A DNA stretch of 44,682 nt, taken from IMG/VR virus record IMGVR_UViG_3300030376_003536, positions 1-44,682 of that record; one strand, 5' to 3'. Numbering within the stretch: the first letter of the stretch is position 1; the number at the start of each line of letters is the position of its first letter. Shown piece by piece: positions 33,782 through 44,085 of this stretch. The position numbers and the translations under genes are program-made. This DNA is from a virus. Lineage: Duplodnaviria > Caudoviricetes. Below the pieces are notes generated by a model, which saw only the letters and a list, made by a program, of their open reading frames with translations, was not told the DNA's origin and did not search any database.

Positions 33782-34545
33782 TGGAACCAATGAAAATAAT
33801 AAGTCTTATAGACGAATACAATAAAGACCCAAGAAAGTTTACTGATGCTGAAGCAGAAGTAATTGCTCAGTTATCTAAACAGATGAATAGGCATTTTAAT
33901 AGAGAAAGTAAACCATTTAGTAAAGCAGCGTTTGAGCTTGGAGACATGGCTACATTTGGATTGCTTCCAGATAGTATGAGACCAGTATCTAGAGGTGAAA
34001 AAACTTTTGGAGAAACAGGTACAGATTCTGCAGCATCTGCAATTGGTATGATAGGTGGATTAGCAACAGGTTTACTTGGTGCAGGTAAAGCTATATCTTT
34101 TGGAACAGGAGCATTAAAAGGTAGAGCTGGTGATGCATTAAGAGCTGTAAGAAATAAAGTAAGTGGTAGTAGTGTAGGTAGGGGAGTTAGTGGTATGACT
34201 GCTGGAGCAGGTAGAATTGCTACTGCTGCTGGAAGAGGCGTTGCTGGATTGGGAAAAGGAATGGCTGGAGCTGGAGCTAACTACGCAAGGATGGGTAGAT
34301 TTAAAGCTGCATCTGGTTTATCTAAAAATTTAAACATTCCAATGGATGTAGCAGAAAGATATTTAAATTATAGTGCTGTAGGTGCTGGTAGTTTATTAGG
34401 TTTAAGTGCTTTAATTGGTGGAGAAGCGTTACCAGTATTAGAAGAAGGTACTCCAAAAAATCCATTTTCTAGTTATTACAATTATCCAAAGCTTTATGGC
34501 AATGCACCAGCAGAGGAAAGATATTTTAGTGACCCAAATAGGTAA
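33781..34545 (+). CDS. Internal virion (ejection) protein
   Basis: Gly/Ala-rich amphipathic segments, with an N-terminus paralogous to the 2877 aa protein. Confidence 0.65.
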   Translation: MEPMKIISLIDEYNKDPRKFTDAEAEVIAQLSKQMNRHFNRESKPFSKAAFELGDMATFGLLPDSMRPVSRGEKTFGETGTDSAASAIGMIGGLATGLLGAGKAISFGTGALKGRAGDALRAVRNKVSGSSVGRGVSGMTAGAGRIATAAGRGVAGLGKGMAGAGANYARMGRFKAASGLSKNLNIPMDVAERYLNYSAVGAGSLLGLSALIGGEALPVLEEGTPKNPFSSYYNYPKLYGNAPAEERYFSDPNR

Positions 34546-34548
34546 TTA

Positions 34549-37500
34549 ATGATTAATCCATACGAAGGCTACAAAGTAAAGAGCCTTATAAATACATACA
34601 GGGCAAACCCTGATATGTTTAATGACGACCAACTTGATGAACTTGAGTCATTAGCTGAACAACATGAAATAAACTTTAAAAGACTAGAAGGTAATTTTAG
34701 TTTAAGAAGAGGTCTACAGCAAGCTCAAGCTGGATTTATAGAGGGTCTTACTACAATGGATTTAATTCCTAAAGAACCTCGTACAACAGGTGAGGCAATC
34801 TTTAGGCAATTAGGACATTTAGCTGGTTTTGCTCCTGCTATTATGAGAGCGCCATTGTCTGTTTTCAGCAGATTTAGAGGTGCTGGAATGTACAAAGCTT
34901 TAGAAGCAGGTATAAAAACACTAGATGACATTGCTATTCCAATGAAATTTTCTAGAGGTACTAAAGCTACTTTTGATAAAGTATTGCAAAAGACTGGTGC
35001 TGAATCTATAGAGTTCTTACGACATGGTTCTGCTACTAGACAAATAACTGAAGAAGCATTAGGTCTTGGTGTAGCAAGTGCAGTTAGTTCTGTATGGAAA
35101 GGTACAGATGTTATGGCTGATGCATTTGTTGGAGGTGCTATAGCAGGTGGTGCATTTGGTGGTATAGGTAACTTTGTATCTGTAGGTAAGATGTACAAAG
35201 GTACTCCAGAACAAATACAAACAGCTAACGCTAGATTAAGAGCTGGTGTTGCATCTATGTTTATGGGTTTACCTGCTACAATGAGACGTGACCCTATAGA
35301 GATGCAAATCTATGAATATTTATTAGGTGGTTTTTTTGGTTACAATACTAGACCAGCTTATAAACAAGCTGCTGGTGTATGGATGAATGGTAAAAAAGGT
35401 GAAATGCTTGGTAGAAATTTACAAGACATATTAGACCCAGAGCATGCTAAAGATTGGAACACTATTACTAAAAAGACTCAAGATTACATACTGCATGAAC
35501 ATCCTTTAGGTTATGAAAATTCAGAAGGTTTAAAAGGTTCTACTGGAGCTTCATTAGGTTATCTAGAAAAGAATTTTCCAGAAACAAAATGGAGACCTTT
35601 AGCAGAAGAGTATATTAAAAACTCAGGTAGAGAAGTTAATAATGATACTGTACATGCATTTTACAGACTAAAAGCATCTGATGCTATGGCTGTGTTATCA
35701 GGTAGATTTAGAGACGCTGAAAGTACATCTGCACAATTATACTCTGACCAACAAAGTGATTTCATGGATCCCGTAACTAGAGAGATTGAGCATTTAAAAA
35801 ATACAGATAAGGATGTATACAAAGAGGTTGATAAAAAGCAGTTTAAAACAGAACAAGATTTTGTTGCTGCTAGAGAACAAGCTACATCTGAAAGCTTAAC
35901 AGCAGAGGGTGGAAGAAATGTAGAGGTATTTATAGATAGTTTAAAAAGATTAATTGGTAATGATTTAACTACTAAGCATGAAGGTAGGTATAGAAGAAAA
36001 TGGCATACTGAAACAGAGCCTACACAAGAAGTATTTTATTTTAAAGATAAAGCATTTGGTGATATAGACGTAAAGAGTACAAAAAGTAAAACATTTGGTA
36101 CAACTAGTTTAGGTGAACGATATGTTACGCTTCCTATAAATTATTTAGGCTTTGGTGGTTTCTCGTTTATGACACATGGAGTTACAAAAAATGGGCAAGC
36201 ATATAAGATATTAGATTTTGCACCACAAGGTGAGAATGTAGTATTTAAAGTAGATAGTAAGAAACTCCGTAAGATAGAAAATAAATTAGAAGAACAGGGT
36301 AAGTATATTTATAGTGGCATGAAGGATAAGACCTTTATGTTAATTGCTGACTATGTAGATAGTTTAGGTAATGTTCAAATAACAAAAGAATTAATATTTG
36401 ATGCTATGTCTAAAGGTGACCCTATTATTAGAAAAGCTATAGAAAAAACATATGAAGCTGGTCTTGAATCAGATAAGAATATGTTTGGTACAAATAGATT
36501 ATATGAACGTAAGTGGGTTAGCAATGTGCTGCATCACGCTGCAATGAATGGTTTAGTCAATAAGAACTCTCCTAATTTACAAGGATTAGGCTTGTTGCTA
36601 AATAAAGGTTATGGTAAGTCTGTTGCAGATTTAAATAAAAGATTAACTCTTATAACAAATAGAATGACTCCATTAAACCAAGCTAGTTTTACAGAAACTA
36701 TATCTAATGGTAAAATGAGAGGTATGATAATCAAAGATATAGAAACTACAGGTAATAGTGATACTGATGGTGGATTAATTATTGCACATAAGTTCTTTGA
36801 TGCAATTGTAAAATATATGGGTTATGATAAAAACGTAGGTCATTTAAAACCAGTTGTTGCTGGCGATACTGGATTAGGAGCATTGTTTACAAAGTCAAAT
36901 GGACAAAGAGCTACAGGTCGTTGGAATGATTTTATGAAAGAGAATGGCTTAGATTTTATTGTTTTTGATAGTGGTGCTAAGTTAAAAGGTCAGATAGAAG
37001 TAAATGCTGAGTTTACTTATAATCCTAAATCAAATACATTTTCTGTTAAGAATCCTAAAACATTTGAAGTACCTATAGAGCATATGCAAGTTAGTACAGG
37101 TACATTTGAAGACCCATTTAAATCTATTAAAGGTGACGAGATTGCAAGACAGTTTTATTTACATGCGTCTAGTAATCAATTTCCAGACTTTGCTGAACAA
37201 TACTTTAAAGAAATATTAGAACCTAGTTTGTTAGGTACAGAACGAGGTAGGTCATTTGCTGAAAAAGTAAATGAAGTTAGAGCTAAGAATGAAAAATTAA
37301 GTGACAAACAACTTAAAGAATTAGATAAGATAATAAATGATGCTGACCTTTCTTTAAATGAATTGCCATTAGAATTTATAAAAGATACATTACTAAAATT
37401 TCCTGACAGCAGAGTAGCAGGTAAAGTAATGGATAAGATAATGAAATTAGAGGGAGAAGGTAAGTTAGATATAGACTTTGAATTTGATAGCAGTTCTGAC

Positions 37501-40500
37501 TTTAGACAATTTCATACATCAAATAAAATATTAGCTCAAGCTATGGCTGGTACATATGCAGTAAGAAATACTGTTTTTAAAGAAAACTATCATAATGCTT
37601 TAAAGAAATTTTTAGTAAGAAGATTTGCTAATCCATATATCTATACAGGTGGTAAGTCTTGGTTAAAAGCATTTACACCAGACCAATTAGTTACATACAA
37701 GGGTAATAGTATTATTATAGACCCAGAGTACGTACAAAAGAAAGTTAAGGGATTACAAGAGGGAGATTTGTATTTAGACAATATGTTTAAAAGAATGCCT
37801 ATTGAAACTAAATACATACCAGAAAAAGATTTAGAAGCTATATACCAAAGGAAACTAAAGAATGCACAAAAAACTGATAGCAAAGCTACTATGGAAACTA
37901 TCGACAAGCGAGTCAATTTGGGCGAAGCTTGGGAGCAGTATGTTGGGAATAAATCCAGAAAGGACTTTAAAGAATGGGATAAGACATTTATGCTCCTCGC
38001 TATTCGCATCCCTGCTGATAGTGTTTCTGGTACAAGGCAGTTACGCTTTAGGGGTTTTACAGGGCAGAGAGGCTCTGGCTCGTTCACGCACCATAAGGAT
38101 AATAAATACCTTGGAGGTGCAGACAAAGATTCAGACAGTATCAAACTCTATCAAGGAATCAGTAATGATTTAAGAAAGAAATTTGTTGAAGTAAAAGATG
38201 AAAGAGCAGCGTGGGAAAATAAAGATGGTACTCCTAGTGACTATGCTAAAGAAATAGATAGGATATTTTCTAACGCAGATTTAGATGCTACAGAAGTACA
38301 AAGATTTAAAGGTTACAATAAAAAAGAAGGTGATAAAGGATATAATGTAGCTGAAGATGTAGAATATCAAATGTTTATGTATAATCCAGCTTATAGATTA
38401 AGAGCATCACAGATGGCTTATTCTGCAAAGCAGGGGATGGGTGGTAGTTTAAATGCTAAGATTGCAATGCAAAACTTTTCTGATTACATACTTAAAAATA
38501 ATAATAGTGTTGATTTTACATTTGAAGATGGTGGGCAAACTTTTGTTGCTAATATAAAAGTTAAAAAAGGTAAGGTTATGGGAGTTGACAGAATGCAATT
38601 CTTTAGAGACCTTGGTACAGCAGTTGTAAATAAATCAGCAGATGCTAGTACAGACCCTACAATAAAGCCTTCTGTTGCACATACAAGAGTTTTATTTGAT
38701 TCATTATTTGATATGAAAGTATATAAAGCTAATCCTAAAACAGGTGAGCTTGATTTAGTAAAACGTAATGGTTCAGATATTAAATTACCAAAAGATTATT
38801 TTGGATATAGTCAATTAAAAAGCAAGGCTATTAACACTCCATTTTCTACGATACTAGATGCATTAAGAGTAGTTAAACCAGCTTCTAGTGTAAGAAATAT
38901 TTCTTGGAGTATTTTAAAAGATAAGCCTTGGATTGATAAGAATGGTCTTGTTCTTTTAGAGTTAACACCTAAAGAAATTGCTAAGTTAGATATAGAAGTA
39001 GGTGAAAGAGTCTTAACTAAAGATAAAGATATAACATACTCTATAGTTAGAAGACCAGATGCAGATGGTAAAGCTATACTTAATAAAAGTAGATTTGGAA
39101 CAGGACAAGCATTAGATATATTTGATTTAGGTAGATTGTTAACTAGAACAAATGTCAATATTAAAAAGCATGGATTAACAGGTATGGTTCCAGCTTTGGT
39201 AAAACGCATGGAAAACTCTGGTTTAAATATAGAATCATTTAGCTTTCCTATTATTACTAGAGCATATAAAAATCTAGTAGAAAATTTACCTGTGCAGCAA
39301 CAAGCAGCAAAAAATTTAAGATTTGTTGGTAGCAAAGAATTAATGAAGTTTATAGAAACACATCTAGGCATTCTATCAAAAGAATTTAATTTTGATATGA
39401 ATCCAAGAGGCAAATTAGACCCTAGAATATCTCAATATAGTTTTGCATTTGATAATATAGGTAAAGGATTAGCACATTTTTCTACAATAGAATTGCTACA
39501 TAAAAACTTTATAGATTTACATGCAGCAATTGATGCTGCAGGAGTTAAAGGGAATGCAATAAAAGAATTGATTCCTAGATTAATAGAACGTAATAAAAAG
39601 ATTAAAGAAGAATTACAAGGAAGTGTACGTTTAGATAAAGATGGAGTATTAGAAAATTTAGAAAGACAAATACGAAACACATCTGAAGAGCTTTTAGATT
39701 TGGCAGTAGATAATAATTTTAATCCACAACCTTTAATCAAATATTGGCATACATTATTATTAAGTCCTATAACATCTAAGAAAACATCTGGTTTCTATGG
39801 ACACAATCAAATATATAAAGATATACATAGTGCTAGAAATATTCCATTTGAAACTAAAAAAGAATTTTATGGTAAGATGGAAGAGATATTTAATAGAGGT
39901 GTTGACAAAGAGAACATGATGTTAGATGTTGAAGTAAAAGATATATCTACATTAAAAGAATTAGCAATGAAGACTACTGAAGATTTAATAAATGAAAACA
40001 CTCCTCCTAAGTCTAAACCTAAGAAAGTAGACCCTAATCAATTTGATTTGTTTAATCCACCTAAAGCAGAATTAGCTTTAATGGATAAACCTCAATATGA
40101 AACCTTAACTGAATTAGCTACATCTAAAGCTATAGAAGGTTTAGCTATTAACGATGCTGGTTATAAAGAAGTACAGCAGTTTAGAAAGAATCTCAACAGA
40201 CATAGAGTTATTAAAGAAAACTTTGAACAATGGTTTGAATATTTTACAGGTATATTATCTGGTGGTGGTAAGTACAGAGAAGCTAGTACTATGACACTAG
40301 AAGATATTGTTGCTATAAATAGATATTTTAAAGGTATACAAGACCCTAGTAGATTGTTATTTAAATTACGTTATTGGTATATGGATCCTCGTTTTACTGA
40401 TGAAAAGATGGCTACCAAAGGTATTATTAATAGATACTTTCAATATTTTGCTCCTGTAGATGTAGGCGGTGCTGATTACATTAGAAAACCTGTATTTCAC

Positions 40501-43182
40501 TTTACAAGTCCTATAGGAGAAATATCTAGGTATCATGGAGCTAACGAAAGAAATATTAGTAAGGATATAGTATTTTACGAAAATAAATATTACAATAAGA
40601 TTGAAAAAGAATTAAACAAGTATGGCACAGAAGATAGAGCCAAGCTTGTTGAAGAGCTATTTGAATTTAGAGAAAAAGGTATTGTTCCTAATGACCCTAA
40701 AAGAATGGCTCAGTTAGAAGCATTAAACAAACCTGTTACAGAATTTTTTAAAGGAATGCATGATTTAATTTATACAAAAGATTCTAAAGGTATTAAGGCA
40801 ACAGATGCAGATGGTACATGGGTAATGGATAAAGATTTCCAGTCATGGTATAGAGCTACTGGTGGAGTATTAAATAAATACATGAGATGGAATGCAGATG
40901 GTAAAATGGATTTACAACATTTTAGAAGAACTGTAATTGATAACAACAATATAAATAAACCAGAAGTAATTAGAACTGTTGGTATAGATGGAATAAAGCG
41001 TTATCAACGTGAATTAAAAATGGAAGAAACTATCTTAAATGAATTAGAACATAGTAAGACTATGCTTGGCACAAGATTAGAAAAAGAAGCTTTTAGACAA
41101 AAAGATAGTTTTGTATATAGAGATAAGATACATCAATTTATGACAGGTATAGGTGAACGTGACGTTGCTAGTTATATGCCTCACATGAACTTTGGTGCTA
41201 CTAAAAAGTCTGCAAAAGAAATTGTTACTTTTATAGAAAACAAAGCTAATGATATATATGGTGATACATATTCAGCAGCTATAGCTAAAGGATTAAGTCC
41301 TAAGATAGCAGCTCAAAGAGCTGATAAAGCTTTTCTTGAATACAACAGGCAGCAAGAAAATAAACTTGCAGGAGCTGAAGAGTTTTTTGCTTATGGTGAG
41401 TTAATAGAACCAAGTAGATTAATGGAGTCAGACCTTAATGTTCAATTTACTAATCAAGGAAGTCTTGTTGGTAATTTAAAAAACAGAGTTGTAGATATGC
41501 CAGGATTTGATAAGAGTCCTTTTATATTTAAACTATACTTAGATAAGCTTGTTAGTAGTTATTATAATAATGCTACTGCTATTAAAGGTCAGTATGAAAT
41601 TAATAACATGAAGCATAGGTTAATAAGGAATCCAAGTACAAGATATAAAGTATCTAAAGCAGAGAAAGCTCAATTAAAAGGTTCTGATTATAACAATCCT
41701 ATAGAGGTATGGGGAGACTATGTTAAATTATATTTACAAAGTATACTAGGACATCAATCATATTTTTCAACAGAAATGGTAAGTCCTAAAAGTCCTTTAC
41801 AATTAAAAGATAAAAGAAACTTGTTCTATCTTACATCTGATGAAAATGTTGTTAATATATTTGAAAAGTATTATCAAAATAAAAATGTAAAGGCTCCTTT
41901 CTTTAAGCATGCACCTAAAAGTGCAGAAGCAAGAAAAGAATACTTTAGTCGTAAGTTACATGAACTAGGTAGAATGGAAGCTCAATATCAATTAATGAGC
42001 TTGTTAGCTAATACTGGTACATGGACAACTAATATAGTTAGTGGTAGTGCTATGACTATTGGTAGTGCAGGTATTAGAAATTTTGCTGATAGTTACAGCA
42101 ATAAAAAAATATACGACATGCTATTAACAGATGGTAAGGGTAACGAAATTGTTAAACTTAATAATGGTAAGACTGCTAAAAATAGAAAAGACCTATTACA
42201 ATATCTTGAAGAAAGAGGTGTAATAGATGCTTTTATACAAAATGAATTTGATGTTAATCCAAGACTTAGGTCAGGATTAAAGAAAGCAGGAGTCAATGTA
42301 AAGACTTTTACAAGAGAAATAACTACTGCAGCAAAGAGCAGCAATCCAGATTTAAGAGTTATGGAAGTTATACGAAAGTATAATGTTATGGATACTATGG
42401 TAAAGTATGGCTCGTTCTTTATGCAGAACTCTGAACGTATAAATAGATTAAATGCGTTTACTGCGCATGCAATACAATCAGTAAAGAAGTTTGGTGTAGA
42501 AGGTAGGGAACTTTCTATCGAAGATCCCTTTGTTTTTGATATGGCAATGAGAGGTATAGAGAATACTCAATTCCTTTATCAAAACTCAGCTAGACCTGCA
42601 TTTATGAGAACTGCAGTTGGCAAGGTTTTATCTAGGTTTAAATTATTTGTTTGGAACTCCGTAAGAACAAGAAAAGAATTTTATAGACAAGCTAAGTTAT
42701 ATGGTTTTAAGAATGGTACACCAGAGTATGAAAGATTTAAAGATACATATATGCTTGACTTGTTCATGTTCTCATTAGGTAGTGCATTTATGTTTAGTAT
42801 TTTTGATACAGCATTAGCACCACCATTAGATACATTTCAAGCTATAGCAGATAGTTTATATGGAGATAAGCGTGAAAGAGATATGGCATTCTGGGGTAGC
42901 AAGTTAGGTGCTTTACAATTATTAAAGCCACCTGTTGCTAGAATACCTGATGCAGCAATAGAGCTGCTAACTGGTGATTGGGAAAAGTTTAGTTCTTATA
43001 CAGCATACACAATGTTTCCATTTGGTAGAGGCATTAGGCAACTTGTTCAATTTTCAGATAAACCAGAAAGAGCTGGTGAAATATTTTTAAGATTACCTGT
43101 TAATCAAATGAAGTCTAGACTTGAAAGAGCTAAAAAGAGAGACAGGCAAAAAAGTAAGATAGAAGAAACTTTAGGTGTGTAA
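34549..43182 (+). CDS. Giant virion protein with a two-barrel (double-psi beta-barrel) RNA polymerase; putative virion RNAP
   Basis: TDGGLII (D740), LKP...TK (K767, K782), IRIP (R1153) and GGADKDSD (D1192/1194/1196), in the order seen in crAss-like virion RNAPs and RNAi polymerases. It is the last gene of the ejection cluster. Confidence 0.78.
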   Translation: MINPYEGYKVKSLINTYRANPDMFNDDQLDELESLAEQHEINFKRLEGNFSLRRGLQQAQAGFIEGLTTMDLIPKEPRTTGEAIFRQLGHLAGFAPAIMRAPLSVFSRFRGAGMYKALEAGIKTLDDIAIPMKFSRGTKATFDKVLQKTGAESIEFLRHGSATRQITEEALGLGVASAVSSVWKGTDVMADAFVGGAIAGGAFGGIGNFVSVGKMYKGTPEQIQTANARLRAGVASMFMGLPATMRRDPIEMQIYEYLLGGFFGYNTRPAYKQAAGVWMNGKKGEMLGRNLQDILDPEHAKDWNTITKKTQDYILHEHPLGYENSEGLKGSTGASLGYLEKNFPETKWRPLAEEYIKNSGREVNNDTVHAFYRLKASDAMAVLSGRFRDAESTSAQLYSDQQSDFMDPVTREIEHLKNTDKDVYKEVDKKQFKTEQDFVAAREQATSESLTAEGGRNVEVFIDSLKRLIGNDLTTKHEGRYRRKWHTETEPTQEVFYFKDKAFGDIDVKSTKSKTFGTTSLGERYVTLPINYLGFGGFSFMTHGVTKNGQAYKILDFAPQGENVVFKVDSKKLRKIENKLEEQGKYIYSGMKDKTFMLIADYVDSLGNVQITKELIFDAMSKGDPIIRKAIEKTYEAGLESDKNMFGTNRLYERKWVSNVLHHAAMNGLVNKNSPNLQGLGLLLNKGYGKSVADLNKRLTLITNRMTPLNQASFTETISNGKMRGMIIKDIETTGNSDTDGGLIIAHKFFDAIVKYMGYDKNVGHLKPVVAGDTGLGALFTKSNGQRATGRWNDFMKENGLDFIVFDSGAKLKGQIEVNAEFTYNPKSNTFSVKNPKTFEVPIEHMQVSTGTFEDPFKSIKGDEIARQFYLHASSNQFPDFAEQYFKEILEPSLLGTERGRSFAEKVNEVRAKNEKLSDKQLKELDKIINDADLSLNELPLEFIKDTLLKFPDSRVAGKVMDKIMKLEGEGKLDIDFEFDSSSDFRQFHTSNKILAQAMAGTYAVRNTVFKENYHNALKKFLVRRFANPYIYTGGKSWLKAFTPDQLVTYKGNSIIIDPEYVQKKVKGLQEGDLYLDNMFKRMPIETKYIPEKDLEAIYQRKLKNAQKTDSKATMETIDKRVNLGEAWEQYVGNKSRKDFKEWDKTFMLLAIRIPADSVSGTRQLRFRGFTGQRGSGSFTHHKDNKYLGGADKDSDSIKLYQGISNDLRKKFVEVKDERAAWENKDGTPSDYAKEIDRIFSNADLDATEVQRFKGYNKKEGDKGYNVAEDVEYQMFMYNPAYRLRASQMAYSAKQGMGGSLNAKIAMQNFSDYILKNNNSVDFTFEDGGQTFVANIKVKKGKVMGVDRMQFFRDLGTAVVNKSADASTDPTIKPSVAHTRVLFDSLFDMKVYKANPKTGELDLVKRNGSDIKLPKDYFGYSQLKSKAINTPFSTILDALRVVKPASSVRNISWSILKDKPWIDKNGLVLLELTPKEIAKLDIEVGERVLTKDKDITYSIVRRPDADGKAILNKSRFGTGQALDIFDLGRLLTRTNVNIKKHGLTGMVPALVKRMENSGLNIESFSFPIITRAYKNLVENLPVQQQAAKNLRFVGSKELMKFIETHLGILSKEFNFDMNPRGKLDPRISQYSFAFDNIGKGLAHFSTIELLHKNFIDLHAAIDAAGVKGNAIKELIPRLIERNKKIKEELQGSVRLDKDGVLENLERQIRNTSEELLDLAVDNNFNPQPLIKYWHTLLLSPITSKKTSGFYGHNQIYKDIHSARNIPFETKKEFYGKMEEIFNRGVDKENMMLDVEVKDISTLKELAMKTTEDLINENTPPKSKPKKVDPNQFDLFNPPKAELALMDKPQYETLTELATSKAIEGLAINDAGYKEVQQFRKNLNRHRVIKENFEQWFEYFTGILSGGGKYREASTMTLEDIVAINRYFKGIQDPSRLLFKLRYWYMDPRFTDEKMATKGIINRYFQYFAPVDVGGADYIRKPVFHFTSPIGEISRYHGANERNISKDIVFYENKYYNKIEKELNKYGTEDRAKLVEELFEFREKGIVPNDPKRMAQLEALNKPVTEFFKGMHDLIYTKDSKGIKATDADGTWVMDKDFQSWYRATGGVLNKYMRWNADGKMDLQHFRRTVIDNNNINKPEVIRTVGIDGIKRYQRELKMEETILNELEHSKTMLGTRLEKEAFRQKDSFVYRDKIHQFMTGIGERDVASYMPHMNFGATKKSAKEIVTFIENKANDIYGDTYSAAIAKGLSPKIAAQRADKAFLEYNRQQENKLAGAEEFFAYGELIEPSRLMESDLNVQFTNQGSLVGNLKNRVVDMPGFDKSPFIFKLYLDKLVSSYYNNATAIKGQYEINNMKHRLIRNPSTRYKVSKAEKAQLKGSDYNNPIEVWGDYVKLYLQSILGHQSYFSTEMVSPKSPLQLKDKRNLFYLTSDENVVNIFEKYYQNKNVKAPFFKHAPKSAEARKEYFSRKLHELGRMEAQYQLMSLLANTGTWTTNIVSGSAMTIGSAGIRNFADSYSNKKIYDMLLTDGKGNEIVKLNNGKTAKNRKDLLQYLEERGVIDAFIQNEFDVNPRLRSGLKKAGVNVKTFTREITTAAKSSNPDLRVMEVIRKYNVMDTMVKYGSFFMQNSERINRLNAFTAHAIQSVKKFGVEGRELSIEDPFVFDMAMRGIENTQFLYQNSARPAFMRTAVGKVLSRFKLFVWNSVRTRKEFYRQAKLYGFKNGTPEYERFKDTYMLDLFMFSLGSAFMFSIFDTALAPPLDTFQAIADSLYGDKRERDMAFWGSKLGALQLLKPPVARIPDAAIELLTGDWEKFSSYTAYTMFPFGRGIRQLVQFSDKPERAGEIFLRLPVNQMKSRLERAKKRDRQKSKIEETLGV

Positions 43183-43210
43183 ATAGATGCTACTATGGCA
43201 CCACTTAACG

Positions 43211-43277
43211 ACACTAGTGAGCGTTATATGGACAGATTATGAGTCTTGTCGATATAACACTCGCCTAGTGTTTTTTG
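43211..43277 (+). terminator. Long interrupted hairpin plus U-run at the convergence of the two arms
   Basis: ACACTAG/CTAGTGT, GTTATAT/ATATAAC and GACA/TGTC arms, followed by a T-run. Confidence 0.65.
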
Positions 43278-43284
43278 GGTGCGT

Positions 43285-43437
43285 TTAAGAGCGATTCTTA
43301 TTTACAACCCAGTTAGTAAAATCTACTAATATATACACAAGTAATGTTAGTAGATAGAGACTAATTACGAATACAAAAGCAGACGTACTTAGTAAAAATA
43401 GGTTTAACACCCATTCCCATACTGATAGTATAATCAT
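43285..43437 (-). CDS. 50 aa membrane protein (MIILSVWEWVLNLFLL...), not in the ORF track
   Basis: TAATG coupling and a long hydrophobic stretch. Confidence 0.6.
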   Translation of the reverse strand: MIILSVWEWVLNLFLLSTSAFVFVISLYLLTLLVYILVDFTNWVVNKNRS

Positions 43438-43832
43438 TATGTTCTATTCCATTTTTCGTTGTCTTGCTTTCTTTCCCATTTGATAGCACCTTCTACTGCC
43501 AATGTTGACATCACATATATATCATGGTCTGATGAGTCTCCATAATCAGTATGATGAGCGCCATCTTCACCTAAACAAGTTAAGAATCTTTTATCATCTG
43601 CTAATATAAAGTCTTCAAACTTAGATATATCTGGATAATCATTATACCATTTCCACCAATCAGCTTGCATATAAAAGTATGCTTCTGGTTTTCTTTCAGA
43701 GCCATCAGGATTTTTTTTCCAGAATCTAGTAATCATTCCTGTGCCTACAGAATCCCATTCGTTTATTATACTTAGTGCTTTTTTTCTATCTTTTAGTGGT
43801 ACACCAGCTACCACTTCTGACCTATATCCCAT
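43437..43832 (-). CDS. Hypothetical phage protein
   Basis: MGYRSEV...KWY..Y...GED, in a packed operon. Confidence 0.75.
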   Translation of the reverse strand: MGYRSEVVAGVPLKDRKKALSIINEWDSVGTGMITRFWKKNPDGSERKPEAYFYMQADWWKWYNDYPDISKFEDFILADDKRFLTCLGEDGAHHTDYGDSSDHDIYVMSTLAVEGAIKWERKQDNEKWNRT

Positions 43833-43833
43833 T

Positions 43834-44085
43834 TTACACCCCTTCTGGTAAGCTAGTTACAAATGGTTCTCTTGCTGCTTCTAAAGCTAACTCATAAAAC
43901 CATTCATCGTTTTCTTCTTGTAACGATTCGCAGTCTTCTGCGGTAAGAGACTCACTTTTATGGGTAATGTTGGCGATATAAGCGTCAGATAAGTCTGGAT
44001 AATCAGCCATAGCAGCACCATATATATTAATGTCTGTAATGTCTTCACTATCTATTTGTTTTTTAACATAATATGTTAGTTTCAT
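43834..44085 (-). CDS. Small very acidic protein (start MKLTYYV)
   Basis: ATGA overlap with the upstream gene and a DYPDLSDAYI motif. Confidence 0.7.
   Translation of the reverse strand: MKLTYYVKKQIDSEDITDINIYGAAMADYPDLSDAYIANITHKSESLTAEDCESLQEENDEWFYELALEAAREPFVTSLPEGV

Noticed and set aside
34549-43182. N4-like (T7-type single-subunit) virion RNAP
   Set aside because: I did not find the T7-type DxxSG, Rx3Kx7YG and HD motif set. The RxP...DxDxD arrangement fits the two-barrel class instead.
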